From Rhina ancylostomus (lineage: Eukaryota), in assembly GCA_030265395.1 (NCBI GenBank), contig JARFYF010000051.1, positions 14,062,399-14,126,398 on the forward strand: DNA of 64,000 nucleotides, written 5' to 3'. Below the pieces are notes generated by a model. The model did no database searches and was not told the DNA's origin. It saw nothing but the letters and a program-made list of their open reading frames with translations. A program made the translations under genes and the position numbers. How positions within the stretch are numbered: the first letter of the stretch is position 1; every line of letters begins with the position of its first letter. Below, piece after piece: positions 63,102 through 64,000 of the stretch.

Positions 63102-64000
63102 CTGGAAATGAATAAGGACAAAAGTTAATTTGTTGAGTTAACCTAATTCCATCTTAACCATAAGACAGCATGTTCTTGCATTAAAAAAAAGAGGAAGTTG
63201 TAACATAGCATACCACACTAATAGTTGTGCACACATTCTGAAACTAAGGGGATGTAAACAGTTATGGTGCTTGCCAAATCTCACATCCCCACTAAACCAC
63301 AAAGTAGTATCATTCACTGCATAACTAGGCTAAGGTTTGAAAAGCACAAGGCCAAAATATCTACGTGAGCCAGAGGAAAATTTTTGCAGCCCACTATTAA
63401 AACAATTCACCATTTCCGCTCAAAACCTTAAGATGCAGCAGAACAAATGATCGATCTTGAAAAGAAAATGGCAAACAAATGTAGAGATTTGAATAATCTT
63501 ATTCTGCAGTGGCAGCCAAATTAGACTTCTATCAGTGCGCAAAAGGGTTCCAGAGGACCAAAGTGTCACACTAATAAAACTAGTGCCAAACAAGGAACCC
63601 CCACCAAGCAAAATACTCATTAAGAGACTAAGGAAGCAGGAAGCAGCAACCAGCTTACCCCATGGCTAGAAGGAAATTGAGAAGTGCTTAGCTCTTTCAG
63701 TATTGACAATTAGTTGGAGAATACATTATCAACTTTTAGAATATGGAGCATTTCACCAAACAATATTGTGCAATTAACCACCATTCAACTGCTCTTATCA
63801 TCTGTTATTGCAATAAATCAGGTTGAAATGTTTCCAGGGGAACATTCCTTCCACGTCAGAGAAATGCACCACTTGATGAAGTCCCACGACAGTGCCCTTT
63901 CCCAACTCAACTCCTATGCTGGACATTCTACTCAATCAAACCCTCAAATCTGTATAAATGTTCAACATCCTCTCTTGACTGAATGCACCAAAAACAAGCT

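Noticed and set aside
63659-63720. Strong donor-like GGG|gtaagc on the minus strand as a possible further CAX exon
   Set aside because: The required phase-0 frame hits a TAA ~50 nt upstream with no convincing acceptor or homology.
1-64000. CRISPR arrays, operons or other prokaryotic systems
   Set aside because: The window is intron-rich vertebrate DNA; the recurring motifs are retroelement termini, not regularly spaced repeat-spacer units.

Overview
Vertebrate genomic DNA with many N gaps. The repeat content (HE1/V-SINE-like, Deu-domain SINE, CR1, Penelope-like elements) points to a cartilaginous fish, probably a ray; that assignment is inference. Three protein-coding genes were reconstructed by hand. 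(1) The first coding exon of ZC3HC1/NIPA (minus strand, ~3.1 kb). (2) A nearly complete 10-exon KLHDC10 (plus strand, 7450-40993; the start codon is probably in an N gap), head-to-head with ZC3HC1 as in human. (3) The 3' 12 visible exons of a convergent type II cation/H+ exchanger gene (CAX/VNX1-like, minus strand, 46667-63101), a family known from non-placental vertebrates. Notable details: a canonical U12-type intron in the CAX gene whose donor overlaps a U2-type donor and which holds an L1 fragment with a 15-bp target-site duplication; a GC-AG intron and a symmetric cassette exon in KLHDC10; Penelope-like inverted repeats carrying minimal hammerhead-ribozyme motifs; and a tRNA-Thr pseudogene. 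Most short ORFs in the supplied track are spurious or repeat-derived. I found no firm evidence of a wholly new multi-gene system; the CAX locus is the strongest lead.
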